Below are positions 19,766-26,855 of a DNA stretch of 35,957 nucleotides, piece by piece; position 1 is the stretch's first letter, and every line of letters starts with the position of its first letter. The position numbers were made by a program, and so were the translations under genes. The DNA is taken from NCBI GenBank assembly GCA_964475455.1, contig CAYYXJ010000006.1:1-35957 (forward strand). Reading direction: 5' to 3'. The notes beneath the pieces were generated by a model, which was not told the origin of the DNA, did no database searches, and saw only the letters and a list, made by a program, of their open reading frames with translations. The DNA is from an uncultured Clostridiaceae bacterium. GTDB lineage: Bacteria > Bacillota > Clostridia > DUPQ01.

Positions 19766-21406
19766 TTATCTTATTTTCAATGCTTCATTAATATAGTTTT
19801 CAAGCTTAACTAATATTTGAAGTCCATCACTTTCTTCAAGGTCATTCATCTTTTTTTTAACAAAATCATGCATGCATGATTTTATGCTGTCATTGGACTT
19901 ATTAAAAGCTTCAATAAACATTTTACTATATTCTTCATCATATTTTATCATTGGGTTTTCATCGTCTTTATAATTCAACGGATATTTGATGCCGAAGGTC
20001 AGCCCAAGCCACAACAAATCAAATAAAGAAAGCTTTACAACCATTCTCATGCGCTTGCCTGACATTGAATATTTATTCCCCGGAATTTGGGTTATTGCAT
20101 CTATATCCCCGTTGTATCTTCTGTCATTCAATTTGCCGCCAAAAATCAAAGGTTGTTCTTTATTAATGAATTCAATGATCTCAATGGCCTGTGAAGAGAC
20201 ACTTTTGTTGATTCTTGGTATTTCAAGCTCACACAGCTCCCCCGTTGGTATTCCAAGTTTCATAATAAAATAGCCGACGGGACCGAACTCATGGGTCAAT
20301 GTTTCCTCAAATTTATAAACCGATATGCATTTTTTCCCAAATATCATAATCGCCCTTATCAGTCTTCGGAAATAAATATTGGAATAGACCATCAAAAGCC
20401 TTTTTTTGCTGAAAGAATCACCCATTCTAACTGCTTGCTGATAACCGGATGAAGCATAACCAGGAATTGAACGCACACAGTAAAGTATGTCGATTTTGGC
20501 ATCCGGCATAAGAGTTTTTATGAGCTTTTTAAAAACCTTAAGTTCATTGAAATGAAACCCGCATATACCTTCGCCATAGAAAATATAAGTTTCCCGGCGG
20601 CATTCTTTTACCCCTTTGCACAATGCAGAAAGATTCCTCATATTATACCGGGCAACTTCATCCTTATCATGTCCGGACACAACATGCCAGTAGATTTTAT
20701 CCGGTTTCTTATGAACCAGGCTCTTAAGCGGAACAGAATGATTGTCCGAACCCCAATTTGTCCTGTATTCATGTGAATTTTTATTAAGCCATTCCCTGTT
20801 GCGTGATAAAAATACCTGTATTGAAGTGGATGCGGTTTTGTCCATTCCCATTTGAACAACAACTTTTTTGATACCGGAATTTGAATAATGTTTCATGAAG
20901 TTTAAGATCCATGTCTTTTTTTTCGATTTTATCCTTTCAAGTGAATCGTTCGGTTGATTATTATCTAAACCGAGAAAATAATTGCTTATTCTGTGAAAAA
21001 TCTCCAGCTCATCCCCATTGGTTGTGTTTTGAATTTTTTCAAGGATAAATTCATGGAAAACACCTTTTAAAAAGTCATTCAGTTTGTCATAGGCTCTGGT
21101 GCAATCATTGTAATACACTTCATCATAAACAGGTTTTAAATCCTCCGCTTCCCATGTATTGGCTGTATAATCTATACCAAAATTGTTCTTTAGCCAGAGG
21201 ATGTCAGGCTTTGCCCTTTCAATTATTTTTTCATTGATATCATCAGAAAGCCTGAATCTGACACCCGTAATTTCCTTCAAAGGGAATATATCCTTAAGTT
21301 GTCTATACTTGTTTCTAATTCCTTTGTTAATTGCAGGATACTTTTCATTGATATATTCCATTATTTCAATGGCATTTTTCGATAATGCTGTATTTTCCCT
21401 GTGCAT
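19766..21406 (-). CDS. Divergent sulfotransferase-like protein, pair 2; the ORF is [tail of upstream paralog] + [core] + [tail]
   Basis: The core has QMGMDKTASTSIQ and YCVRSIPGYASSGYQ. The first ~185 aa (SKNAIEIMEYINEKYP...DILWLKNNFGIDY...) repeat the ORF's own C-terminal tail (SSQAIEIIEFINKEQP...DLLWLGLTFGIKY...). No Shine-Dalgarno precedes ATG 21406. Confidence 0.5.
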   Translation of the reverse strand: MHRENTALSKNAIEIMEYINEKYPAINKGIRNKYRQLKDIFPLKEITGVRFRLSDDINEKIIERAKPDILWLKNNFGIDYTANTWEAEDLKPVYDEVYYNDCTRAYDKLNDFLKGVFHEFILEKIQNTTNGDELEIFHRISNYFLGLDNNQPNDSLERIKSKKKTWILNFMKHYSNSGIKKVVVQMGMDKTASTSIQVFLSRNREWLNKNSHEYRTNWGSDNHSVPLKSLVHKKPDKIYWHVVSGHDKDEVARYNMRNLSALCKGVKECRRETYIFYGEGICGFHFNELKVFKKLIKTLMPDAKIDILYCVRSIPGYASSGYQQAVRMGDSFSKKRLLMVYSNIYFRRLIRAIMIFGKKCISVYKFEETLTHEFGPVGYFIMKLGIPTGELCELEIPRINKSVSSQAIEIIEFINKEQPLIFGGKLNDRRYNGDIDAITQIPGNKYSMSGKRMRMVVKLSLFDLLWLGLTFGIKYPLNYKDDENPMIKYDEEYSKMFIEAFNKSNDSIKSCMHDFVKKKMNDLEESDGLQILVKLENYINEALKIR

Positions 21407-21417
21407 TTCAAGGTTGA

Positions 21418-22239
21418 TTAACTTGCAGGCAAACCTATTTTATCTATGAAGTAACCAACCGGTCCATAAATGTGATTAACAGCATCTTCAAACTTGTATA
21501 CTGATAACCTGTCTTTTCCAAAAACCTTCACAGCATTTTTAATTCTTTTTTCATAAATTCCGGAATAAATATTCACTGTGTCGTCACAATTCTGAAAGCG
21601 ACCGGTTTTCATTGCCTGCTGATATGCCGAAGAAGCATACCCGGTATTTGACCTGGTGCAATACATCAACTTAATCCCGGCCTCCGGCATAAGGGCTTTG
21701 AGCAAATCCCGGAATCTCATGAATTCTTTTTGTGTGAAGCTGCATATTCCTTCACCATAAAAAATATATGTTTCAAATGGACACGCCCTTATACCTTTGC
21801 ACAAAGAAATGAGATTTCTATAATTATATTCTGCAATCTTTCGTTTATCATATCTTCTCAATATATGTTCCTGTATTTTTTCAGGCTGTTCCCTTAGTAG
21901 ACTCATTATTGGAACAGAATGGTTTTCAGTACCCCAGTCGCTTTTATAATCAGCCGAATGACTGTGCAACCAGTCCTGATTTTCCACGAGAAAATGCTGA
22001 ATTGTTGTTGAGGCTGTTTTATCCATTCCGATTTGTATAAAAACCCGTTTAATCCCGTTATTGGCATATGATGCCAGATATCTTTTGGCATTATATGTTT
22101 TAAAGTACTCTTGTATGCATTTTTCTTCACTTTTAGGCATACCGAAAAGCATGAATTTAAGATTCATAAGTGGATAAAATATTCTTTTTGATAAAACACT
22201 CCTGAACCTCTTGAAAAAAATTGATACAGCTTTCTCCAA
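21418..22239 (-). CDS. Divergent sulfotransferase-like protein, pair 2 core only (tail displaced into the next ORF by a frame change)
   Basis: QIGMDKTASTTIQ and YCTRSNTGYASSAYQ. It ends at ...VGYFIDKIGLPAS, where the paralog continues. Start tentatively set to the in-frame TTG at 22239, 10 nt after GGAGGGG. The track start at 22419 would sit 5 nt from the divergent sortase gene and adds a Cys-rich, non-protein-like extension. ATG 22167 is an alternative start. Confidence 0.5.
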   Translation of the reverse strand: MEKAVSIFFKRFRSVLSKRIFYPLMNLKFMLFGMPKSEEKCIQEYFKTYNAKRYLASYANNGIKRVFIQIGMDKTASTTIQHFLVENQDWLHSHSADYKSDWGTENHSVPIMSLLREQPEKIQEHILRRYDKRKIAEYNYRNLISLCKGIRACPFETYIFYGEGICSFTQKEFMRFRDLLKALMPEAGIKLMYCTRSNTGYASSAYQQAMKTGRFQNCDDTVNIYSGIYEKRIKNAVKVFGKDRLSVYKFEDAVNHIYGPVGYFIDKIGLPAS

Positions 22240-22269
22240 ATTTAAAACACCCCTCCATAAATCATGTTT

Positions 22270-22278
22270 ATTATAGCA
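22270..22278 (-). promoter_or_regulatory. Extended -10 element TGCTATAAT, candidate primary promoter of the glycan operon
   Basis: The reverse strand reads catatGCTATAATaaacatg, followed about 14 nt later by GGAGGGG (22256-22250) and the in-frame TTG at 22239. Confidence 0.45.
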
Positions 22279-22369
22279 TATGAAATGAGCCTGTTTTCTC
22301 CCGGGTAAGCCTGAATAATCTGATTTAGCAGAACAGACACACAGCCTCCGGGGAAATAACATGTTTGGG

Positions 22370-22398
22370 TTACACAAATTCCCATCAGATGATAATAT
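22370..22398 (+). promoter_or_regulatory. Sigma-A-like promoter TTACAC-17-TAATAT for the sortase module
   Basis: Exact 17-nt spacer. Lies about 27 nt upstream of ATG 22425, with the RBS AAGGGGGA in between. Confidence 0.45.
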
Positions 22399-22424
22399 AT
22401 TAGTCAAAGGGGGATTCATTCTGA

Positions 22425-23183
22425 ATGACGGCGACAGAGAATACCCGGTATCCAGGAAAAGAAAAACATCGCAGATTTAAAGCCTTATCCGGATTTTTGA
22501 TAGGCAGCATTCCCTATATATTGTTTTTGGTCAGCCTGACTTTAATCAGCATGGGGTTTTTCAGATATGTGGAAAATCAATCTGTACTTGCACTCTTTCT
22601 GACCGACCGAGGCAAGGCAGTGTCAATTGAGTGGGATGGAAAAAGCTGGGCTGAATCTGTTCCAACTCCTGCCTTGGTTGCAACCAGGGAACCACATCAA
22701 ACTGTAACACCCCGGAGTACGCCGGAACCTCTTATCGAACCCGAACCCGAAAGATTCATTGTACCTTTCTTTTATATCGGGGATAAAATCGGAACATTGA
22801 AAATACCCAGTGTTGACCTAGCTGTTGATGTTTTTCAAGGTGACAGGGAAGCTGAGTTGCGGCTTGGCGCAGGACATTATACCGGTTCATATCTACCCGG
22901 ACAGGATAACAACATTCTCATAGCCGGACACCGCACAACCTACTTCCGTAGTTTTGAATATCTGGAAGTCGGTGCCGCAATAACATTTACAACCACCTAC
23001 GGAATTTATGAATACATTATTGAGGAAATAAAAATAATTGAAGGGACAGACAATTCAGTGGCAGAAGAAACAGTCGGTGAACAGCTGACCCTATATACCT
23101 GCTACCCCTTCATTTACTTTGGAAATGCTCCCAATAGATTCGTTGTAATATGCCGTTTGGCAGAAGAGCAGGTCAACCCATGA
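22425..23183 (+). CDS. Sortase family transpeptidase (class not assignable by eye)
   Basis: N-terminal basic stretch plus a TM segment (FLIGSIPYILFLVSLTLISMGFF) and a Pro/Glu-rich linker. Catalytic His in LIAGHRTTYF, TLxTC Cys in LTLYTCYP, and a downstream Arg (NRFVVICRL). RBS AAGGGGGA upstream. Confidence 0.8.
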   Translation: MTATENTRYPGKEKHRRFKALSGFLIGSIPYILFLVSLTLISMGFFRYVENQSVLALFLTDRGKAVSIEWDGKSWAESVPTPALVATREPHQTVTPRSTPEPLIEPEPERFIVPFFYIGDKIGTLKIPSVDLAVDVFQGDREAELRLGAGHYTGSYLPGQDNNILIAGHRTTYFRSFEYLEVGAAITFTTTYGIYEYIIEEIKIIEGTDNSVAEETVGEQLTLYTCYPFIYFGNAPNRFVVICRLAEEQVNP

Positions 23184-24058
23184 AAAAACTTCCGAAAACT
23201 TTAATATCATTAATATTATGTATTCCGGTTATCATCGGCATCCTGGGGTTTGTTGTGATTTCCACCATCAATTCAACGATTCTATCAGAAGACTTCTATT
23301 TAAATGTCTCTGATTCGGATGTTTATTCCACAAAGGTGATGAAAGCAATTGAAAATGATGTACAGGCACAAAGCAGTTATGTAGGTATACCTTCCGGAAT
23401 TCTTCTAAAAGGGTTTGAATTACAGATCCTGCAGAAATATCTCAATGAATATATGCTTAATACAGTAGATTTCATGAACCTTCGGACTGATTACATACCA
23501 ACGGTTTTCCCCGTGGATTTCTTCCTGCCGGCTTTGACTGAATTTTTAGAGGAAGATGCTGAATTGAATTCCTACATCCCCTCATCAGAACAATATGATT
23601 TATTGAAGGTTGTGGCAGCAGACACTTCGCACATTATAGATAAGCATATTGACCTTTTCCAGCTGAATATGTTTAAAAATGTCGGATTTTTCAGGCAGGC
23701 ACATAAAATACTATATCAAATAAGCCGTCTTGGACTTCCTGCACTTTGGATACTGCTGCTTGCTGGTTCCTGTCTGGTACTTCTTCACCGTAAAAACCTG
23801 CACATCTGGCTTTTTTATCAATTCACATCCTTTTGGATATTTGGAAGCCTGCTTACCATCCCTGTGATTGTTCTTGAAGGTTACCGACTTACACGACGAA
23901 TTGCCATAGAATTGCCTTATCTCAAATATGCGGTGGATATGTTTCTGACAAACATATCCATGCATCTATTATATCGGGGTCTTTTGATTTTCCTTCTATC
24001 TTCAATGGGGCTGATATTAAGAAATTTTAAAGAAAATCGCTTTTATCATAATAGTTGA
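23180..24058 (+). CDS. Polytopic membrane protein of unknown function, translationally coupled to the sortase
   Basis: Start ATG 23180 (MKKLPKTLISLIL) overlaps the sortase TGA (ATGA). It has one N-terminal TM segment, a ~190 aa predicted extracytoplasmic region, then 3-4 C-terminal hydrophobic segments. I recognise no family. Confidence 0.6.
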   Translation: MKKLPKTLISLILCIPVIIGILGFVVISTINSTILSEDFYLNVSDSDVYSTKVMKAIENDVQAQSSYVGIPSGILLKGFELQILQKYLNEYMLNTVDFMNLRTDYIPTVFPVDFFLPALTEFLEEDAELNSYIPSSEQYDLLKVVAADTSHIIDKHIDLFQLNMFKNVGFFRQAHKILYQISRLGLPALWILLLAGSCLVLLHRKNLHIWLFYQFTSFWIFGSLLTIPVIVLEGYRLTRRIAIELPYLKYAVDMFLTNISMHLLYRGLLIFLLSSMGLILRNFKENRFYHNS

Positions 24059-24083
24059 TATTATAATCATTTAACTGTATAAT
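24055..24083 (+). promoter_or_regulatory. Near-consensus sigma-A promoter TTGATA-17-TATAAT upstream of the small secreted protein gene
   Basis: The -35 overlaps the TGA stop of the upstream gene. Exact 17-nt spacer and a perfect -10. Implies a ~55-nt leader before ATG 24146. Confidence 0.55.
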
Positions 24084-24145
24084 CTATATCAAACAGAGCA
24101 TACATTTTTTATAGAGAGCATATACAAGTTAGAGAGGGAGAAATT

Positions 24146-24655
24146 ATGAGAAAATCAATTTTAATCGTTGTTGTTTCTGTAGTTATTTTGCTTGCATTTT
24201 CAATTACAGCTTCAGCAGCAACAGTTAATGACATCCTGCAGTCACTTCGTGACGCAGGTGTGCCGGAGGTTTATGTCCTGCAGGCTGAATCATATATGGC
24301 TGACAAAACAATTACTTCAACAACTGCCGATGCGGTGATAACCCACATAACCAACGCAGCAACCATTGCAGACGGAGAAACCAAGATTTCTGTTCTTACG
24401 GGAGAACAAAAATCCGGTATAGCAGTTGAATTTGCTGCTGCATGCGCACTGTTGAATCTAAGGGCAGAATTCGGCGACCACAACCTGACAGTTTACGACG
24501 AAAGCGACAACATTGTTTTCATAGTAACTTCTGAAGAAGCCATTAAACATACCGGCTATGATTACAATCTGATTTTATACGGATTTATACTGCTTGCACT
24601 TTCCGCAGCTTCAGTTTTTGTAACAAAAAGAATATTGCTCCAACGGAACTCTTAG
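24146..24655 (+). CDS. Small secreted protein with a cell-wall-sorting-signal-like C-terminus (IKHTG + hydrophobic segment + basic tail)
   Basis: Strong RBS GAGGGAG. Signal peptide MRKSILIVVVSVVILLAFSITASA|A. The C-terminus reads EEAIKHTGYDYN-LILYGFILLALSAASVFV-TKRILLQRNS. Confidence 0.6.
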   Translation: MRKSILIVVVSVVILLAFSITASAATVNDILQSLRDAGVPEVYVLQAESYMADKTITSTTADAVITHITNAATIADGETKISVLTGEQKSGIAVEFAAACALLNLRAEFGDHNLTVYDESDNIVFIVTSEEAIKHTGYDYNLILYGFILLALSAASVFVTKRILLQRNS

Positions 24656-24711
24656 AGATTTACAGACTATAATCCAAAACCGCTCTTAATATAATTTTAT
24701 TAAGTAGAGTG

Positions 24712-24744
24712 AGCCACTGAATAAAACCGGTGGTTCTTCTTTTC
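24712..24744 (+). terminator. Rho-independent terminator candidate after the sortase-module genes
   Basis: Stem AGCCACTG / CGGTGGTT (8 bp including two G:U pairs), an 8-nt loop, then CTTCTTTTC. Confidence 0.45.
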
Positions 24745-24779
24745 AAAACAATATACCCACTGTAATCATGCAATTTAGG

Positions 24780-24808
24780 TTGACTCTTAACCCAAACAGT
24801 ACTAATGT
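24780..24808 (+). promoter_or_regulatory. Sigma-A-like promoter TTGACT-17-TAATGT upstream of the Gfo/Idh/MocA gene
   Basis: Exact 17-nt spacer, about 25 nt upstream of ATG 24833. Motif only. Confidence 0.4.
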
Positions 24809-24832
24809 AGAATTGAAAGTCAGGTGATTTCT

Positions 24833-25819
24833 ATGAACAGGACTAGATTCGGTGTATTGGGAGTATCAGGGCACTTTATCAAAAGAATTGTTATGCCTCT
24901 TATGAAATCGGAGACGACTAGAATATTCGGCATTGCATCAAGGAACATCGAGAAGGCCCAGCAGACGGCAGAAACCTATGGAATTCCCAAAGCTTATGGG
25001 TCGTATGAGGAGCTTCTTGCAGATTCCAAGATTGATGCGGTTTTCATTCCACTTCCCAACCATATGCACAAGGAATGGATTTTCAAATGTCTTGATGCAG
25101 GAAAACATGTGCTTTGTGAAAAACCTCTTTCAATGGATGCCTCAGAAACCCTTGAAATAATTGAATACGCCAAAAACAAAGGGCTTAAAGTGATGGAAGC
25201 ATTCATGATTCGGTCACATCCCAAATGGAAGAAGGCTAAAAGCCTTGTTGAAAACCGGTATATCGGAGATGTAACCCATATTCATACTGTATTTTCATAT
25301 AATAATCAGGATCCGTCCAATATTCGGAACATCAAGGATTACGGCGGAGGAGCTTTGTATGACATAGGTTGTTATGCAATAAACACCGCCAGATTCATCC
25401 TGGATAAAGCTCCGGTAAAAGTTGTTTCTCTTATTGCAGAACACCCGGATTTCAAAACAGACATGACTACATCCGCCATTCTTGATTTTGATGGGATACA
25501 CACTTTATTTACAGTTTCAACATCTGCCTTTCCTCAACAGCAAGTAAAGATTTTCGGTACCGAAGGTACGATTACTGTAACCATACCATTCAATGATATA
25601 AGTGAAATACCCGGTAAAATCCTTTTTGAAAACAATGATACAACAAAAGTCATTGAGTTTGAACCAACCAACCAATATCGGATTATGTTTGAAGAATTTG
25701 CCGAATGTATAAAGAACGACGGACCGGTACCGGTTCCTCTGACCGACAGCCTTGAAAACATGAAAACTATTGACGCAATATTCAAATCAGCCAACACAGG
25801 AACCTGGGAACAAGTTTGA
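24833..25819 (+). CDS. Gfo/Idh/MocA family NAD(P)-dependent oxidoreductase
   Basis: N-terminal Rossmann segment RFGVLGVSGHF and the family motif VLCEKPLS. ATG 24833 is preceded by AGGTGA with a 5-nt spacer; the track start at 24824 is the GTG inside that RBS. Confidence 0.85.
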   Translation: MNRTRFGVLGVSGHFIKRIVMPLMKSETTRIFGIASRNIEKAQQTAETYGIPKAYGSYEELLADSKIDAVFIPLPNHMHKEWIFKCLDAGKHVLCEKPLSMDASETLEIIEYAKNKGLKVMEAFMIRSHPKWKKAKSLVENRYIGDVTHIHTVFSYNNQDPSNIRNIKDYGGGALYDIGCYAINTARFILDKAPVKVVSLIAEHPDFKTDMTTSAILDFDGIHTLFTVSTSAFPQQQVKIFGTEGTITVTIPFNDISEIPGKILFENNDTTKVIEFEPTNQYRIMFEEFAECIKNDGPVPVPLTDSLENMKTIDAIFKSANTGTWEQV

Positions 25820-25836
25820 ATTTAAGTATCCACTGC

Positions 25837-26829
25837 TCAGATCTTTTTGTTTGTGTACCATTTTATAGTATCTGAAATGCCTTTTTGAAATGTGACTGAA
25901 GGTTTCCATCCCAGGCTTTTCCTTAGCTTTGAACTGTCTATTGAATAACGTCGGTCGTGACCCGGCCGGTCTTTGACATGCTTGATCAGGCCCTTTGTTG
26001 CGTCCATTGAGTCTATGATCAATTCTACGATTTCCAGATTTGTTCTTTCATTGTTTCCACCGATATTATAAATTTCTCCGTTTTTACCATTTTGCATCAC
26101 TATATCTATTGCAGAACAATGATCATAAACATGCAGCCAGTCCCTTATCTGAAGTCCGTCTCCGTATACAGGCAAATCACTGCCGCTGATGCATCTATTA
26201 ATCATAAGTGGAATAAGTTTCTCCGGGTACTGTCCGGGCCCGTAATTGTTGCTGCATCTCGTTATATTCACGGGAATTCCGTAGGTATTTGCATATGCCA
26301 TGACCAACAGGTCAGCTGCTGCCTTGGATGCTGCATATGGGCTGCCCGGCAGAAGCTGCATTTCCTCAGTGAACATATTTCCGTGAGCTGCTGACCCGTA
26401 AACCTCGTCAGTTGAAATCTGCAGGAATTTTACCCCGGCCTTGTATTCCCTGCTGTATTTGTCATCAGGATGTATTTTCCAATGCTCTACTGCTGCGTTT
26501 ATCAGCACCTGAGTTCCGATTATGTTGGTAATTAAAAAGATATCAGGCTCATCAATGCTTCTGTCCACATGAGTCTCGGCAGCGAAATTCACAACAATAT
26601 CAATATCATATGAATTGAAAACCATTTCAACAGTCTCTTTTTGTGATATGTCACCTTTTATAAATTTATAATTGCCCTTTTGTTCAATATCGACGAGATT
26701 CTGTAGATTTCCGGCATAAGTCAGCTTATCCAGATTGATGACAAAGTAATCCGGATATTTTTCCATGATATATCTTATGAAATTGCTGCCGATGAATCCT
26801 GCACCACCGGTTACAAGTATGGTCCTCAT
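25837..26829 (-). CDS. rfbB: dTDP-glucose 4,6-dehydratase
   Basis: ILVTGGAGFIGSNF, catalytic YAASKAAAD (YxxxK) and the highly conserved RPGHDRRYSID block. RBS GGTGGGAG. Confidence 0.9.
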   Translation of the reverse strand: MRTILVTGGAGFIGSNFIRYIMEKYPDYFVINLDKLTYAGNLQNLVDIEQKGNYKFIKGDISQKETVEMVFNSYDIDIVVNFAAETHVDRSIDEPDIFLITNIIGTQVLINAAVEHWKIHPDDKYSREYKAGVKFLQISTDEVYGSAAHGNMFTEEMQLLPGSPYAASKAAADLLVMAYANTYGIPVNITRCSNNYGPGQYPEKLIPLMINRCISGSDLPVYGDGLQIRDWLHVYDHCSAIDIVMQNGKNGEIYNIGGNNERTNLEIVELIIDSMDATKGLIKHVKDRPGHDRRYSIDSSKLRKSLGWKPSVTFQKGISDTIKWYTNKKI

Positions 26830-26855
26830 GTTTTTTCTCCCACCAAACTATATTA

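Noticed and set aside
21404-21442. Programmed -1 ribosomal frameshifting as the explanation for the split sulfotransferase-like pair
   Set aside because: There is no X_XXY_YYZ slippery heptamer in the 22-nt window where both frames are open, and I found no obvious downstream stimulatory hairpin. A simple indel (real or a sequencing error) is the more economical explanation.
898-21449. About 30 plus-strand ORFs of 60-132 aa (e.g. 898..1188, 6995..7312, 12049..12363, 13296..13694, 21183..21449), plus alternative-frame minus ORFs (1983..2183, 10241..10432, 14236..14439, 20638..20862, 21906..22130)
   Set aside because: All are antisense to, or frame-shifted within, strongly supported minus-strand genes. 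They are rich in Ser/Leu/Ile/Phe as expected from shadow frames of AT-rich DNA. None has a recognisable motif or an RBS.
24095-24122. Direct repeat AGAGCATA ... AGAGCATA spaced 20 nt apart in the leader of the small secreted protein gene
   Set aside because: An 8-nt repeat in AT-rich DNA is easily a chance event, and there is no dyad symmetry or third copy. Noted only as a possible regulator site.
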